This document shows positions 27,921 through 38,011 of a stretch of 64,000 nucleotides of DNA, piece by piece (the first letter of the stretch is position 1; the number at the start of each line of letters is the position of its first letter). Made by a program: the position numbers and the translations under genes. Source of the stretch: Marispirochaeta sp. (lineage in GTDB: Bacteria; Spirochaetota; Spirochaetia; JC444; Marispirochaetaceae); the NCBI GenBank assembly GCA_963676835.2, contig CAXXFF010000002.1:1504001-1568000 (forward strand), in the 5' to 3' direction. The notes under the pieces were generated by a model. That model did no database searches and was not told where the DNA came from. It was given only the letters and a program-made list of their open reading frames with translations.

Positions 27921-29075
27921 ATGAGGAATAGAATATCTATAGGCATTATCAACATTTATGTACTCATCTTCTCTCTTCTTCCATTCTTTATCGGAATTGG
28001 TTATTCAATTTACACCAGTCAGAATAAACGATACCTGAGTACGGTTATAAATATTTCCGGTTCTCAGAGAATGAGAACCATGCTGCTCTCGAATTACAGC
28101 CAACAGCTCCATCATGCAGCAGTTGTTGGGGATGGCAGGGATAACATAGATCCTGTTTCTCTGATTATCGAAAATGAGATGAGGAATTACGGTCAGATTA
28201 CCGCTGCTTTACGCTATGGTAACGCTGAACTGAATATTGGCCAAAACCATTTTCTTGAAACAATTCAGGTAATTGATGATTTGGAATTCGCTGTAAGAAA
28301 GTATATCGAAAGCTGCGAGCTGCTTCTTGAGGCCCCGGAAATAAATGAAAATCTTCAGCCCATTACTTCAATGGCGGTATTTTTACGCGATAGATTTGAT
28401 CTCCTTACCTCCCTTTTTCAGCGGGCTAATGACAGGCTTATTCGCAGGCAGTGGATAATAGATATCTCAATGATTATTTTTGCCTTTTTGGTAACGGTTT
28501 ACGGCCTGATCATGACCAGGTCTATTTTCAGACAGGAGTCAGAGCTCAAACAAGCTAAAAAAGAGGCTGAAAGACTTGCAACCCACGATGCATTAACGGG
28601 GCTGCCGAACAGAAGGCTGCTGCAGGACCGGGTGGATACCAGTATTCTCCTTGCAAAAAGAAATAAGATGAAAATTGCTGTCTGCATGATGGATATGGAT
28701 GCGTTTAAAAGCGTCAACGACACCTATGGCCATTTAACCGGAGATGAGTTGTTAAAAGAGACTGCACGCAGGTTCAGGGAAGTTCTTCGGGAACATGATT
28801 CTATTTACAGGTTAGGCGGGGATGAGTTTGTGTGTCTCCTGGTCAATCTGCCGGCAAAAGAGGAGTGCGGGCATATTGTACAGCGGATGCTCAACCGGGT
28901 TCGACAGCCTTTTATTTTGCCTGAAACTGTGCTGAAACCGGCTTTCAGTATGGGTGTTGCCTTCTACCCTGATGACGGTGAAACTTTCGGGGATTTGATA
29001 CGGAATGCAGATCTTGCACTTTACCGGGCAAAGGTAAAAGGGAAAGGCCGGTTCAGCTATTTTGGTGAAGAGTAG
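27921..29075 (+). CDS. Membrane diguanylate cyclase with a PilJ/NarX-like periplasmic domain
   Basis: Two TM segments, INISGSQRM, HDALTGLPNR, REHD I-site, GGDEF intact. Confidence 0.88.
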   Translation: MRNRISIGIINIYVLIFSLLPFFIGIGYSIYTSQNKRYLSTVINISGSQRMRTMLLSNYSQQLHHAAVVGDGRDNIDPVSLIIENEMRNYGQITAALRYGNAELNIGQNHFLETIQVIDDLEFAVRKYIESCELLLEAPEINENLQPITSMAVFLRDRFDLLTSLFQRANDRLIRRQWIIDISMIIFAFLVTVYGLIMTRSIFRQESELKQAKKEAERLATHDALTGLPNRRLLQDRVDTSILLAKRNKMKIAVCMMDMDAFKSVNDTYGHLTGDELLKETARRFREVLREHDSIYRLGGDEFVCLLVNLPAKEECGHIVQRMLNRVRQPFILPETVLKPAFSMGVAFYPDDGETFGDLIRNADLALYRAKVKGKGRFSYFGEE

Positions 29076-29172
29076 TCTCAATAGAGATATATCCGTTTTC
29101 TTGTGCAAATTGCATTTCTGTAGCATGATACCATCATTGAAAATTTCTCATTAGAAAAGAAAAGAATACGGT

Positions 29173-29553
29173 ATGGAAGAGCAGACTAAAATTCTAAACT
29201 ACCAGGTTAACCTTCCCGTCCTCGGATTTCGCCGGGTTGCCGATAAATTTCGCTATGTCCCAAAAATCTGTATGCTGACTTTTGCCGGGCTCTTTTTTCT
29301 TGTTATCCTGTATGCATTTTTTAAGAGTAAACTGTATATTCCGCGGTTCGAAGTTTATTGTCTGGTTTTAATGTTTGTCAGTCTGGCGGTCGGATTTTCT
29401 TCAGTCAATATTCCCCGCAGCTGCCCGGAATGCAAGCGGGGTATGCACAAGCTGTTCCCTGACAATGAAGACGCCATCTATTCTTATAAGTATTACTGCG
29501 GTTATTGTAAAGTTTATATAGATACAGAGGTGTACAACAGTGATGGAGATTGA
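29173..29553 (+). CDS. Hypothetical membrane protein with C-terminal zinc-ribbon-like motif
   Basis: Two hydrophobic segments, CPEC...CGYC. Confidence 0.6.
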   Translation: MEEQTKILNYQVNLPVLGFRRVADKFRYVPKICMLTFAGLFFLVILYAFFKSKLYIPRFEVYCLVLMFVSLAVGFSSVNIPRSCPECKRGMHKLFPDNEDAIYSYKYYCGYCKVYIDTEVYNSDGD

Positions 29554-29586
29554 TGTACCAGGACCAATGTACTTTCTGAAACAAGG

Positions 29587-30180
29587 ATGACTAAAATGTA
29601 TAACACTGCAATTCTGCTGTTTAACGGGGTAGAGGTCCTGGACTTTGCCGGCCCCTTTGAAGTGTTTTCGGTAACCTCGGAGCTGAATGATTATAAACTC
29701 TTCAATGTATTTACCATTACCAGAGACGGGCTTGGTGTTAAAACGATAAATAACCTTAAGGTCCTGCCTGACTACAGCATAAAAGATCACCCGCCCATTG
29801 ATATTCTGATAATCCCCGGCGGGGCGGGTACTCGGGTTCTGATACAAGACCAGGCTGTTTTAAACTGGGTTGAGGATATGCATGCAGATACAACAATCAC
29901 TCTCTCTGTCTGTTCCGGTGCGCTTGTGCTGGGGAAGTTAGGGTTGCTGGATAATCTGGAATGCATTACTCACCATGAGGTTATTCCGGTTCTTGAAGAG
30001 ATTGCACCTGCCGCAGTTGTTAAACCGGAGAAACGGTTTATTGATAACGGGAAGATTATGACCTCCGCGGGGATTTCCGCAGGTATTGATTTGTCCCTGT
30101 ATCTGGTTGAGAAGCTTTATGGGGCAGATGTTAAACGAAAAACAGTTGAGTATATGGAGTACGGTAACTGGCGGGAGTAA
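29587..30180 (+). CDS. DJ-1/PfpI family protein
   Basis: EVLDFAGPFEVF, IPGGAG, SVCSGA, TSAGISAGID. Confidence 0.9.
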   Translation: MTKMYNTAILLFNGVEVLDFAGPFEVFSVTSELNDYKLFNVFTITRDGLGVKTINNLKVLPDYSIKDHPPIDILIIPGGAGTRVLIQDQAVLNWVEDMHADTTITLSVCSGALVLGKLGLLDNLECITHHEVIPVLEEIAPAAVVKPEKRFIDNGKIMTSAGISAGIDLSLYLVEKLYGADVKRKTVEYMEYGNWRE

Positions 30181-30284
30181 GTAAGCTTCACAATTCCCGC
30201 GCTTATTCGTAGCGGGTTCTATTCCGGCACCAGGGGACAGATGATAATCAGTATGCTCCCCTGATCCCGCTGTTACCGGAGATC

Positions 30285-31367
30285 CTACTGATTTTTACCA
30301 AGGCGTATGCCGAAGCTGTAAAATGCATTATCCGGGGCAGTGTGACTAACGTTGGAAACACGCAAATACAGCGGCTGGTTCATGTAGGACCCCCCACGCA
30401 TATTCATTTTCAATTCGCCGTCTATATATCCATATGCGCCAAAGCAGAACTCCGATACATTTCCGTTCATATCGTAGAGGCCAAGTGCATTGGCACTCCT
30501 GCTGCCCACCTGACATGTTTCATTGTTTGAATTATTGTAGCCGATGGTAACGTCGTTTGTGTATTCTGTATCTCCATCACCATCATAGTCAACGGCACCT
30601 GATGTAACACTGTAGGGGGCATCGGCTCCGCTGGAATAGTCGTTGGGATAATACTCACCGCTTTCGCAGATAGTGCTGTCACCATCCGCATCGTTGATGT
30701 AGCGGGCGGCAAATTCCCATTCGGAGACGCTTAACAGTCTGAAACCGGTTGCAGCAGAAGCGGCTTCAGCATCATCGCAGGTCTCCGAGTTGGAATCACG
30801 CAGGACATTGCCTCCATAACGGTAAACACATTCGTCTGTACTGCCTGTTGCCGCGTTGTACCACTCGGTTAGTGCATTACACCAGACAATGGCATCCCTG
30901 TATGAAATGTTGGTCGCAGGTTCGTCGCAGTCTGCGGAGGGTACGGCGTTATCGATGCCGAGGCTTCCTTCACGTCCTGTATTTGCGAAACTGTACTCTC
31001 CTTCACCGGTACTGCCGCCGGTTCCGGCGGTTGCCCAAGTGCATACGGTATACCAGAGTTCATAGGTTACTTCTGTTTCTCCGACGAAACAGGGCTTATC
31101 AAGAGAGACTATGGTGGTATCGGTATATCCTGTGGGAAATGTTACATCTGCCGGAAGATAGACCATGGTGAAATTGACTTCGGTAGTTTCAACATTTACA
31201 TACTGTCCCGCAGCGTCTGCAGAATCAAAGGTTTCCTCGGTTTTGATCATCTTGAACCCGTTTTCAAGGGGGGCAGCGTTTGAGCATGAAGTGATAATCA
31301 AAAGCAATGAAATTGCAGACCATACTGCAGGACTGATTTTCTTTTTCACATCTTCCTCCGAAAACAT
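30285..31367 (-). CDS. FGE-sulfatase (SUMF1) domain lipoprotein
   Basis: Lipobox-like IITSC, ETEVTYELW, AIVWCNAL, FRL...EWEFAAR, NALGLYDMNGNVSE, RGGS, GIRL; start may be slightly downstream. Confidence 0.85.
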   Translation of the reverse strand: MFSEEDVKKKISPAVWSAISLLLIITSCSNAAPLENGFKMIKTEETFDSADAAGQYVNVETTEVNFTMVYLPADVTFPTGYTDTTIVSLDKPCFVGETEVTYELWYTVCTWATAGTGGSTGEGEYSFANTGREGSLGIDNAVPSADCDEPATNISYRDAIVWCNALTEWYNAATGSTDECVYRYGGNVLRDSNSETCDDAEAASAATGFRLLSVSEWEFAARYINDADGDSTICESGEYYPNDYSSGADAPYSVTSGAVDYDGDGDTEYTNDVTIGYNNSNNETCQVGSRSANALGLYDMNGNVSEFCFGAYGYIDGELKMNMRGGSYMNQPLYLRVSNVSHTAPDNAFYSFGIRLGKNQ

Positions 31368-31422
31368 GTTTATTCGGATAGAATATGTCAGAGAATTAAA
31401 TCAGTCGTCCGGGTTTTGAAAA

Positions 31423-32514
31423 TCAGGACGTTTTGACTGTGGTTTTCCTGTAGTTTGAAGGGGTCTCCCCGGTCTCTTTTACGAAGGCCGAGTTAAAGGC
31501 TGATTTCGAGTTGAACCCGACTGTGTAGGCAACATCGAGTATTGTCAACTCCGGTTCTTCTGCCAAAAGCCGTTGTGCTTCAGTCAGGCGAAGCCTGTTT
31601 ATATAGCTGCGGAAATTACAGCCGAGATAGTCCTTGAGAATTCGGGACAGCTGGTGGTTCTGTATGCCTAATAATGTACTGAGGGACTGAACGGAGATCC
31701 GGGGATCCCGGAATCCCTGGTCCGAGGACATTATATTTTCCAGCCTGGCGAGTAGGGATGGGACATTTAGTGAGTTCAGAACCGCTGCCTTCTTTTTCGG
31801 AGTCAACCGAACCAGAACAGTTTGCTGGGTGTACTCGGGATAACGGTAACTCATAAAAAAGAAGTAAATTGCATTGATCCCATTGGCCAGGACCGCCAGC
31901 CCCAGCAGTGAGTCGCTTTTTAAAACATGGCCTGCAAAGAAGACAGCAAAAAGTGCAAAGCCGAATCCGTAGAATATAAGTGTTGTCCGGAACCGGCCTT
32001 TCTGGCCGGCAGGTGCCTGTTTGCGTTCCCGGATTAACATAATAATGCTGATAAGCCCGTAAATAAAAAACTGCAGATCTCCCAGGGTATTGATTACCCG
32101 AATCCCGGGAATCTGAAAATGATCCGGGTTGAGCCCGGTTAGGGCTGCTGCAGAAACCTGACCGGTTGCATGAATGAATATCAGATAAACAAGAGACAGA
32201 AGGGCCGGAAGGTAGGGGAGAGTGTTATAACTGTGTACAGGCCTTTTTCTTCCCATAAGGCAGCGGGTATAGTTAAAAAAAAGTGGGCCTATCAGATAGG
32301 TTACCGGAACGTCCGCGTAGAGCAGCCATGGAAAAGGCTGAAGCCGATTATAACGATACAGGCCGTAATAGAGCCAGACAAACCCGAAGGCTGCAAAAAG
32401 GCCGCAGAGAGCCAGGTTTACTTCGGTCCGCCTGCGGGCAGTCATCTGCAGGCCTGCGAAGATAAACATGGTAATGCCTATGAACAAAAAAAGGTTGGTT
32501 GCCAGCTGTTCCAT
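31423..32514 (-). CDS. Membrane-bound AraC-family regulator
   Basis: Multiple N-terminal TM helices; NFRSYINRLR, VGFNSKSAFNSAF.K.TG.TP..YR. Confidence 0.9.
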   Translation of the reverse strand: MEQLATNLFLFIGITMFIFAGLQMTARRRTEVNLALCGLFAAFGFVWLYYGLYRYNRLQPFPWLLYADVPVTYLIGPLFFNYTRCLMGRKRPVHSYNTLPYLPALLSLVYLIFIHATGQVSAAALTGLNPDHFQIPGIRVINTLGDLQFFIYGLISIIMLIRERKQAPAGQKGRFRTTLIFYGFGFALFAVFFAGHVLKSDSLLGLAVLANGINAIYFFFMSYRYPEYTQQTVLVRLTPKKKAAVLNSLNVPSLLARLENIMSSDQGFRDPRISVQSLSTLLGIQNHQLSRILKDYLGCNFRSYINRLRLTEAQRLLAEEPELTILDVAYTVGFNSKSAFNSAFVKETGETPSNYRKTTVKTS

Positions 32515-32753
32515 ACTTTCCGTTGAAATAAACAGTAGTTTTTGCGTCTACAACAACTGAATCGTTGTATGCAAAAGAATTATACCTTATTGAAAGAGGA
32601 GAGGACAAGCTTATTAGAGCTTTCCCGCAGTACCTGCAGCAGGAGTTCCGGTTTTTATGATCTATCCTTTTCAAAAAGAATCAGCCCTCCGTAAAGCATT
32701 GCGTAATTTCATCCACTGCTTTATTCTTTTTTTTCAGTTGCGGGGAGTAGGAA

Positions 32754-34199
32754 ATGAAAAAATCTGTATTGTTTATTGGTATAATTCTATCTTTAAGTGC
32801 TTTTCTATACGCCGGCGGCCAGGCTGAAACCGGGCGCAACCAGGCTTCTTCAGAAGTGGGGGAAGGACAGCTTCTGCCAATCGGCGCAGTTGATCCGGCT
32901 AATTACCTTCAGGATTTCATCTTTGAAAAATCATATTCTCCATCAGCACCAATCACATTTGATATTGATCTGCTCCGGGACAGGGTCTGGGAAAAAGGTG
33001 ATGATATAAGTGTACGGATAGCCTTGATGTCCAACGGGGAAGATTATTTCAAGACTGTCTCCGGCAGTTTTATTCTCTATATTCAGAATCCGGAGCTGTT
33101 CAGTGATCCGGTGGTGAAAAAGTATCTTGAAAGCAGTCTGCTCCGCATCCCCGGTTTGTCATTCTTCTTTTTTGACCCCCTTACTGCAGCACTTATTGAA
33201 GCTGCAGATGCGAATGGGCTGAACTCCGCCATCAACCGGCTGAAGCGGCAGAGAAAACAGTATGCAAACAATGTTCAGCTGCAGGGGCTTTTAAGTGCAG
33301 TTGAATCAAAGTTTAACGGCGACCGGGTTCATGTGCTCTGGATTACCGATGAGAATATTATAGAGAAATCAACGGACGCAAGCTTTTTCAATTTCTCCAT
33401 GAATGTTCTCAGTACGGGTAACACCACGTTCTCATATCTGGGGTATGGCGAGGTGCCAAACTGGATCACCCTCAATGCCGGCTTAATGAAGCATAACGGT
33501 AATTCATATTTCGCCTCTAACGGTGAGGAGTTGTGTCAAAAAATCGAAAAGGATATCGCGTTCTTTTCAAAGCCTGCGATTGAAGATATTACCGTGGAAA
33601 TTGTCTGGTCCAAATATGTTTCTGAACAGGCAAATTTTTATCCCAAAGAGTTTTATCCCGAAATTAGCGGATTTTTTCCCACATCAAATAATTCACGTCC
33701 CTCGGTTTATCACCGCATCGGCGGCATGAACTATTCCGAAAATAAACGGTTTATTCACTATGTTAAAATCCCCGCCCTGCAGACACTCCTGGATACCAGC
33801 GAGTATCGGGAGCCGAAGGATGAATCGGGTTTTAAAATCGGGACCGTGTATGTCCGGTACTTTATTCCCATGTACAACAAGTATTTCTATGAGCAGAAGG
33901 ATATGCGGATTACCTATAGCCCGGCGGAAGATATCACCGCTGATATGGATGGGTCTGTATTTTGTGACACCATAATTCAGAATACACCTCTGGTAATCCA
34001 GGAGATAGCCAATCTGGTAAACAGGAACGTAAACCGCAACTATCTTGCGGCCATACAGCTGGTACAGATACAGAAGAATCTTTTACTTAAAACCAGTCTT
34101 ATCCGCAAAGACGATGCGGTTGGCGAGGATGTTGAACTATTGGATAAGTACTATCAGATTCTGTTTGAACAGGCGAAAACCATGAATCTGCTCCAGTAA
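32754..34199 (+). CDS. Exported hypothetical protein with a degenerate vWA-like region
   Basis: Signal peptide ending AGGQAE; VLWITDE, SYLGYG and GNSYF resemble vWA segments. Confidence 0.6.
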   Translation: MKKSVLFIGIILSLSAFLYAGGQAETGRNQASSEVGEGQLLPIGAVDPANYLQDFIFEKSYSPSAPITFDIDLLRDRVWEKGDDISVRIALMSNGEDYFKTVSGSFILYIQNPELFSDPVVKKYLESSLLRIPGLSFFFFDPLTAALIEAADANGLNSAINRLKRQRKQYANNVQLQGLLSAVESKFNGDRVHVLWITDENIIEKSTDASFFNFSMNVLSTGNTTFSYLGYGEVPNWITLNAGLMKHNGNSYFASNGEELCQKIEKDIAFFSKPAIEDITVEIVWSKYVSEQANFYPKEFYPEISGFFPTSNNSRPSVYHRIGGMNYSENKRFIHYVKIPALQTLLDTSEYREPKDESGFKIGTVYVRYFIPMYNKYFYEQKDMRITYSPAEDITADMDGSVFCDTIIQNTPLVIQEIANLVNRNVNRNYLAAIQLVQIQKNLLLKTSLIRKDDAVGEDVELLDKYYQILFEQAKTMNLLQ

Positions 34200-34280
34200 G
34201 GAGAGATTTTTTTACACTATACAGCACGAGAAAAAAGCAGATAGCAGGGAACATCTCTCACTCTGTGGAAAGAGGTCTAC

Positions 34281-35147
34281 ATGAAACGACTTATAATTTT
34301 ATTTGCAGCAGCGGTACTTTCAATATCCGCCTACTCCCAGGCTACGGTTTTCAAGGTGAGCAAGGGAGATAACTTCTGCTATATCGGCGGAACGGTACAC
34401 ATCCTTTCCGAGGATAATTATCCGCTGCCGGCTCAGTATGACGAGGCCTATGCCGATTCTGATGTGCTTGTAACAGAAACGGATACTGAATCGCTGACGG
34501 AGCCTGAAAATATGCAGACCCTTATGCAGATGGCAGTCTACCCCGGGGATGAAACCATTGAGCAGCATCTGGAACCCCGGGTGTACAAGAAGTTGGCTAA
34601 AACCCTGGCGGCCTATTCCATCCCGGCCGCGGGAGTTGCCAAGCTTAAGCCGGGGCTGCTTTCCAGTGTAATTACCGCAATTCAGTTTCAGCAGATGGGC
34701 TATACCGCGGAGGGGGTGGACAGCTTTTATTATAAAAAGGCAGTTGAAGACAACAAGGATGTGCTTTTTCTTGAGGCTCTGGATGCCCAGATTGATTTTA
34801 TCTGCAGTATGGGCGAGGGAAATGAAGATGAGTTTGTCCTTTCCATGCTGGAAGACCTGGATAAAACACAGGAGTACATGGATGCCATGGTAGCCTCCTG
34901 GGAAAAGGGAGAGCGGGACGTGATCGAGGCATCCGCAGAGGAAATGAGAACCGCTTTTCCGGAAATTTATAAAACCCTGTTATCCGACAGGAATGCCGCC
35001 TGGATTGAGCTGTTTAAGACCTATCTGGATGATAAGCCGGTTGAATTTGTTCTGTTCGGGGCCATGCATTTGTATGGGAACGACGGGGTGCTGGAGCTGC
35101 TGAAGGCTGAGGGGTGTACGATAGAGCAGCTTGATGCATATGAATAA
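34281..35147 (+). CDS. TraB/GumN family protein
   Basis: YIGGTVH, EGVD, LE...QI, DRNAAW, GAMHLYG.DGVL..L...G. Confidence 0.88.
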   Translation: MKRLIILFAAAVLSISAYSQATVFKVSKGDNFCYIGGTVHILSEDNYPLPAQYDEAYADSDVLVTETDTESLTEPENMQTLMQMAVYPGDETIEQHLEPRVYKKLAKTLAAYSIPAAGVAKLKPGLLSSVITAIQFQQMGYTAEGVDSFYYKKAVEDNKDVLFLEALDAQIDFICSMGEGNEDEFVLSMLEDLDKTQEYMDAMVASWEKGERDVIEASAEEMRTAFPEIYKTLLSDRNAAWIELFKTYLDDKPVEFVLFGAMHLYGNDGVLELLKAEGCTIEQLDAYE

Positions 35148-35149
35148 TG

Positions 35150-35185
35150 TTGACTATGCATATGGTTGGCAGTAGTATATGCATA
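35150..35185 (+). promoter_or_regulatory. Promoter and operator of the vapBC pair
   Basis: TTGACT (35150-35155), 17-bp spacer, TAGTAT (35173-35178); TATGCATA at 35155 and 35178. Confidence 0.55.
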
Positions 35186-35199
35186 CGAGGAGTATGAGT

Positions 35200-35391
35200 A
35201 TGCGTACAACCTTGGATCTGCCTGATTCTTTGATTAAGGAAGCCATGGACTTAACTCACAGCAGAACCAAAACTGAACTCATTAAAACCGCGTTATTGAA
35301 CCTTATTCAGAAAGAAAAAATAAGCGGGCTAAAAAAATACTATGGAAAGGTAGACCTTGATATTGATTTAGATGCCTTGCGAGACAGATGA
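35200..35391 (+). CDS. vapB: VapB-family antitoxin
   Basis: MRTTLDLPDSLIKEAM...TKTELI..AL; GAGGAG RBS. Confidence 0.85.
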   Translation: MRTTLDLPDSLIKEAMDLTHSRTKTELIKTALLNLIQKEKISGLKKYYGKVDLDIDLDALRDR

Positions 35392-35774
35392 GCCTTGTCC
35401 TTGTAGATTCTTCTGTCTGGATTTCTTTCTTTAAAGGTGAGGCTAATGCTCTTCCTATGATGGATCTGATAGATTCCAACCGGGTATGTACAAACGATCT
35501 TCTTTTATCAGAACTTGTTCCGTCACTGAACCATAAAAAAGAACAAGGTATTTCAGACCTTCTTTATTCCGTTATCAATTTGGATCTCAAAATAAACTGG
35601 GAAGATATCATTCAAATGCAGACCATTAATTTAATGAATGGTATCAATCGTGTTGGGATTCCCGATTTGATTATTCTTCAGAATTCGGTTCAAAATGGTG
35701 TTCCGCTTTTTTCATTTGATAAGCATTTCGGTTTGATGAAAGATCTGCATCGCCTTGAGCTGTACCAGAACTGA
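35388..35774 (+). CDS. vapC: VapC PIN-domain toxin
   Basis: LVDSSVWI, SEL, IPDLII, SFDKHF; ATGA overlap with vapB. Confidence 0.87.
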   Translation: MSLVLVDSSVWISFFKGEANALPMMDLIDSNRVCTNDLLLSELVPSLNHKKEQGISDLLYSVINLDLKINWEDIIQMQTINLMNGINRVGIPDLIILQNSVQNGVPLFSFDKHFGLMKDLHRLELYQN

Positions 35775-35859
35775 TTCGCTCCCGATCCCGCTGGATTTTC
35801 TCCGGATGCTGTCGTAGATATTCTCCGATGTGTTTTCTGTCTATATTCAGATACCCGGA

Positions 35860-36174
35860 TCAGCTCATTTTAACAACAAGCACACGAGCATTCTCTTCAC
35901 CGGTATTTTTCATCCCTTTGGATATTCCCCCGGGGCATTCAGCAAGACTCTGGGGAGCAGCACTCACACTTTCTCCGTTGATAGTCAAAAGCACACTGCC
36001 CTGAAGCACCATAAAGAAGACATCTTCTTCTGTGGTATGCTCAGGGACTTCTCCGCCGGGCTTTATTTCTATTACCACCGCAACCGTCGAGGCGGAAGCG
36101 AAGAGTCTTCGTCCTTCTGTTAATTCTGTGGAGAGTACCGACGGTGCGGAATCAAAATCTATGGTATTTATCAT
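35860..36174 (-). CDS. Cupin domain protein
   Basis: PGGEVPEHT...FMVLQG...NTGEENARVLVV. Confidence 0.8.
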   Translation of the reverse strand: MINTIDFDSAPSVLSTELTEGRRLFASASTVAVVIEIKPGGEVPEHTTEEDVFFMVLQGSVLLTINGESVSAAPQSLAECPGGISKGMKNTGEENARVLVVKMS

Positions 36175-36193
36175 GTTTACTCATACTCCTGTA

Positions 36194-36943
36194 TTATTTC
36201 GAAAGAACTATTATATGAAAAAAATCTGAAACTTCAGCCTCTTTCCGGTCATATCCTCCGTAGATGCTGGTTCCGGTAAACCCTGCTTCTTTAGCTTTTT
36301 TTACGATACTGCTGCTTAAAAACGGATAATGCCGGTGAACATCTGTCATTGTTTCTCCGGTGGATTTATCCCTGATGGAAGTTTTAAACCTTAGTTTCTC
36401 TGAATCATCCAATGCGGCATATTCTCTGTGGAACTCAATGTTGGACGTTTCAAGCTTTGGAAAAGTAAATCCCGGTCCAAGGCTTGGGTTAGTATAGTTC
36501 AGTATCTGTATTAACATGGTTCCGTTTTTCTTCAGGCTGGAAAAAGAGGTTCGGAGGAAATCCTTTAATGCTTGCTCCCCATCAAGATATACAATGGTAT
36601 TCCCGAAGCAGCAGATAAGATCATAGGTTTCTGGTTCTGACGCTTTGAGGAAGCTGAGCATATCTGCTGCATGGAATTGCACCTTGGTTTTCGCGGCAGA
36701 TGTCAACTGAGCTTTGGCTGTTTCAATCATACGGGAATCGAGGTCTATGCCGGTTACTGTTCTTGCTTGGGATGAGCTGGATGGAGAGGCTATCTGATAG
36801 ACAAACTCTCCGCTGGCACATCCGATATCAAGTATTTCCGGGGAAGTTTCCTCCTTAAGATATGTTTCTACAAAGTCCGCTTTTTCCCGGGAGGAGGGGA
36901 AAATATCTTTGTATTCTGCTGCCAGCACTTCGTATAGGCCCAT
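36194..36943 (-). CDS. Class I SAM-dependent methyltransferase
   Basis: ILDIGCASG, GIDLD, ICCFGNT; start placed at ATG 36943. Confidence 0.85.
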   Translation of the reverse strand: MGLYEVLAAEYKDIFPSSREKADFVETYLKEETSPEILDIGCASGEFVYQIASPSSSSQARTVTGIDLDSRMIETAKAQLTSAAKTKVQFHAADMLSFLKASEPETYDLICCFGNTIVYLDGEQALKDFLRTSFSSLKKNGTMLIQILNYTNPSLGPGFTFPKLETSNIEFHREYAALDDSEKLRFKTSIRDKSTGETMTDVHRHYPFLSSSIVKKAKEAGFTGTSIYGGYDRKEAEVSDFFHIIVLSK

Positions 36944-37120
36944 GGTACAAGTATATTCGATGTAATCAATTATTTCTGTACCATATGGTACGGGGCGGCA
37001 TGAGTAGGGTTGTTCTGTAGTGAATGGCTTGAATCTGCTTCCGGGCAGATCCAAACCATGTATTTCTGAAAAGTTATGTAGCGTATATGAACAGCTGATT
37101 CTCAGCTGCAGTATAGGAAT

Positions 37121-37156
37121 AAAAAGGGCGCTGGAGATTATTCAGTGCCCTTTTTT
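37121..37156. terminator. Bidirectional-type intrinsic terminator
   Basis: AAAAAGGGCGCTG...CAGTGCCCTTTTTT. Confidence 0.7.
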
Positions 37157-37197
37157 AGAAATTACAGCTATTACAACTGCCCTTGGTGTAGAAGCTC

Positions 37198-37857
37198 TCA
37201 GATATTGAAGCCGTATCCTATCAAAAGCTGTAAAGCATTTACGTCAAACTGATAAAGCTTACTGTCAGAGGCATAGGTAAGATTCCGGCAATAGCGACCT
37301 TCCAGTTTCAGAACTCCGCCTTTTGCAAAGGGCAGATCATAGCCTAAGCCGCCAAGAACGTTGTAGACCATGGTATTGTCAGTTACTATAGATTCCTCAG
37401 AAGAAGTTCCCCCAACGCTGTGTTTTATCTCAAGATCACTCTGCGGAAGCTGCAACGAAGCGCCAATCAGTGCATATGCGCCATTAAAGGGAGAGTAGGC
37501 AATCTTCAGCATCAACGGTATTTCGACAACTTCCTGTCTGAATTCACTGTTAACGGTATACCCCATATAGGGATATTCAATGTCTTGTCCATACCTTGTA
37601 TAATTCACCTCAGCAATAATCCCGATATGTCGGCTGAGCATGGTTTCAAGGTAGAGGCCGATCAGGATATTCGCAGCGGGTATTTCATCAACGGTGGTTG
37701 TATTATCGGTTTCAGTAGTATCAACCAGATAATCCCAGTTTGAACCGCTGTACCAGCTGCCATTTACACCACCCTTGACGCCGATGAGTGTGTTCTGGGC
37801 GAAAATCAGGGAAGGAAGAAACAACACAATCAGAACAATCACAATACATCTTTTCAC
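37198..37857 (-). CDS. Outer-membrane beta-barrel (porin-family) protein
   Basis: Signal peptide, IGVKGGVN, EIPLMLK, LEGRY, terminal IGYGFNI; GTG start at 37857 inferred from the RBS. Confidence 0.75.
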   Translation of the reverse strand: MKRCIVIVLIVLFLPSLIFAQNTLIGVKGGVNGSWYSGSNWDYLVDTTETDNTTTVDEIPAANILIGLYLETMLSRHIGIIAEVNYTRYGQDIEYPYMGYTVNSEFRQEVVEIPLMLKIAYSPFNGAYALIGASLQLPQSDLEIKHSVGGTSSEESIVTDNTMVYNVLGGLGYDLPFAKGGVLKLEGRYCRNLTYASDSKLYQFDVNALQLLIGYGFNI

Positions 37858-38011
37858 ATGAAACCTCTTTAGATTCTTTTTATGCACAGTATACTGAACC
37901 ATCTCTATAATCAACTGAAAGGTATTAATAAAACAGGCCTCCCTCCCGTTATGGAAGGATCGCTACTGATTTTATTGGGCAGATCTAAACCATGAATTCC
38001 CGAAAAGTCGT

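Noticed and set aside
19230..38000. Prophage, integron or ICE explaining the accessory region
   Set aside because: No integrase, transposase, phage or conjugation genes, and no recurring attC-like sites were seen.
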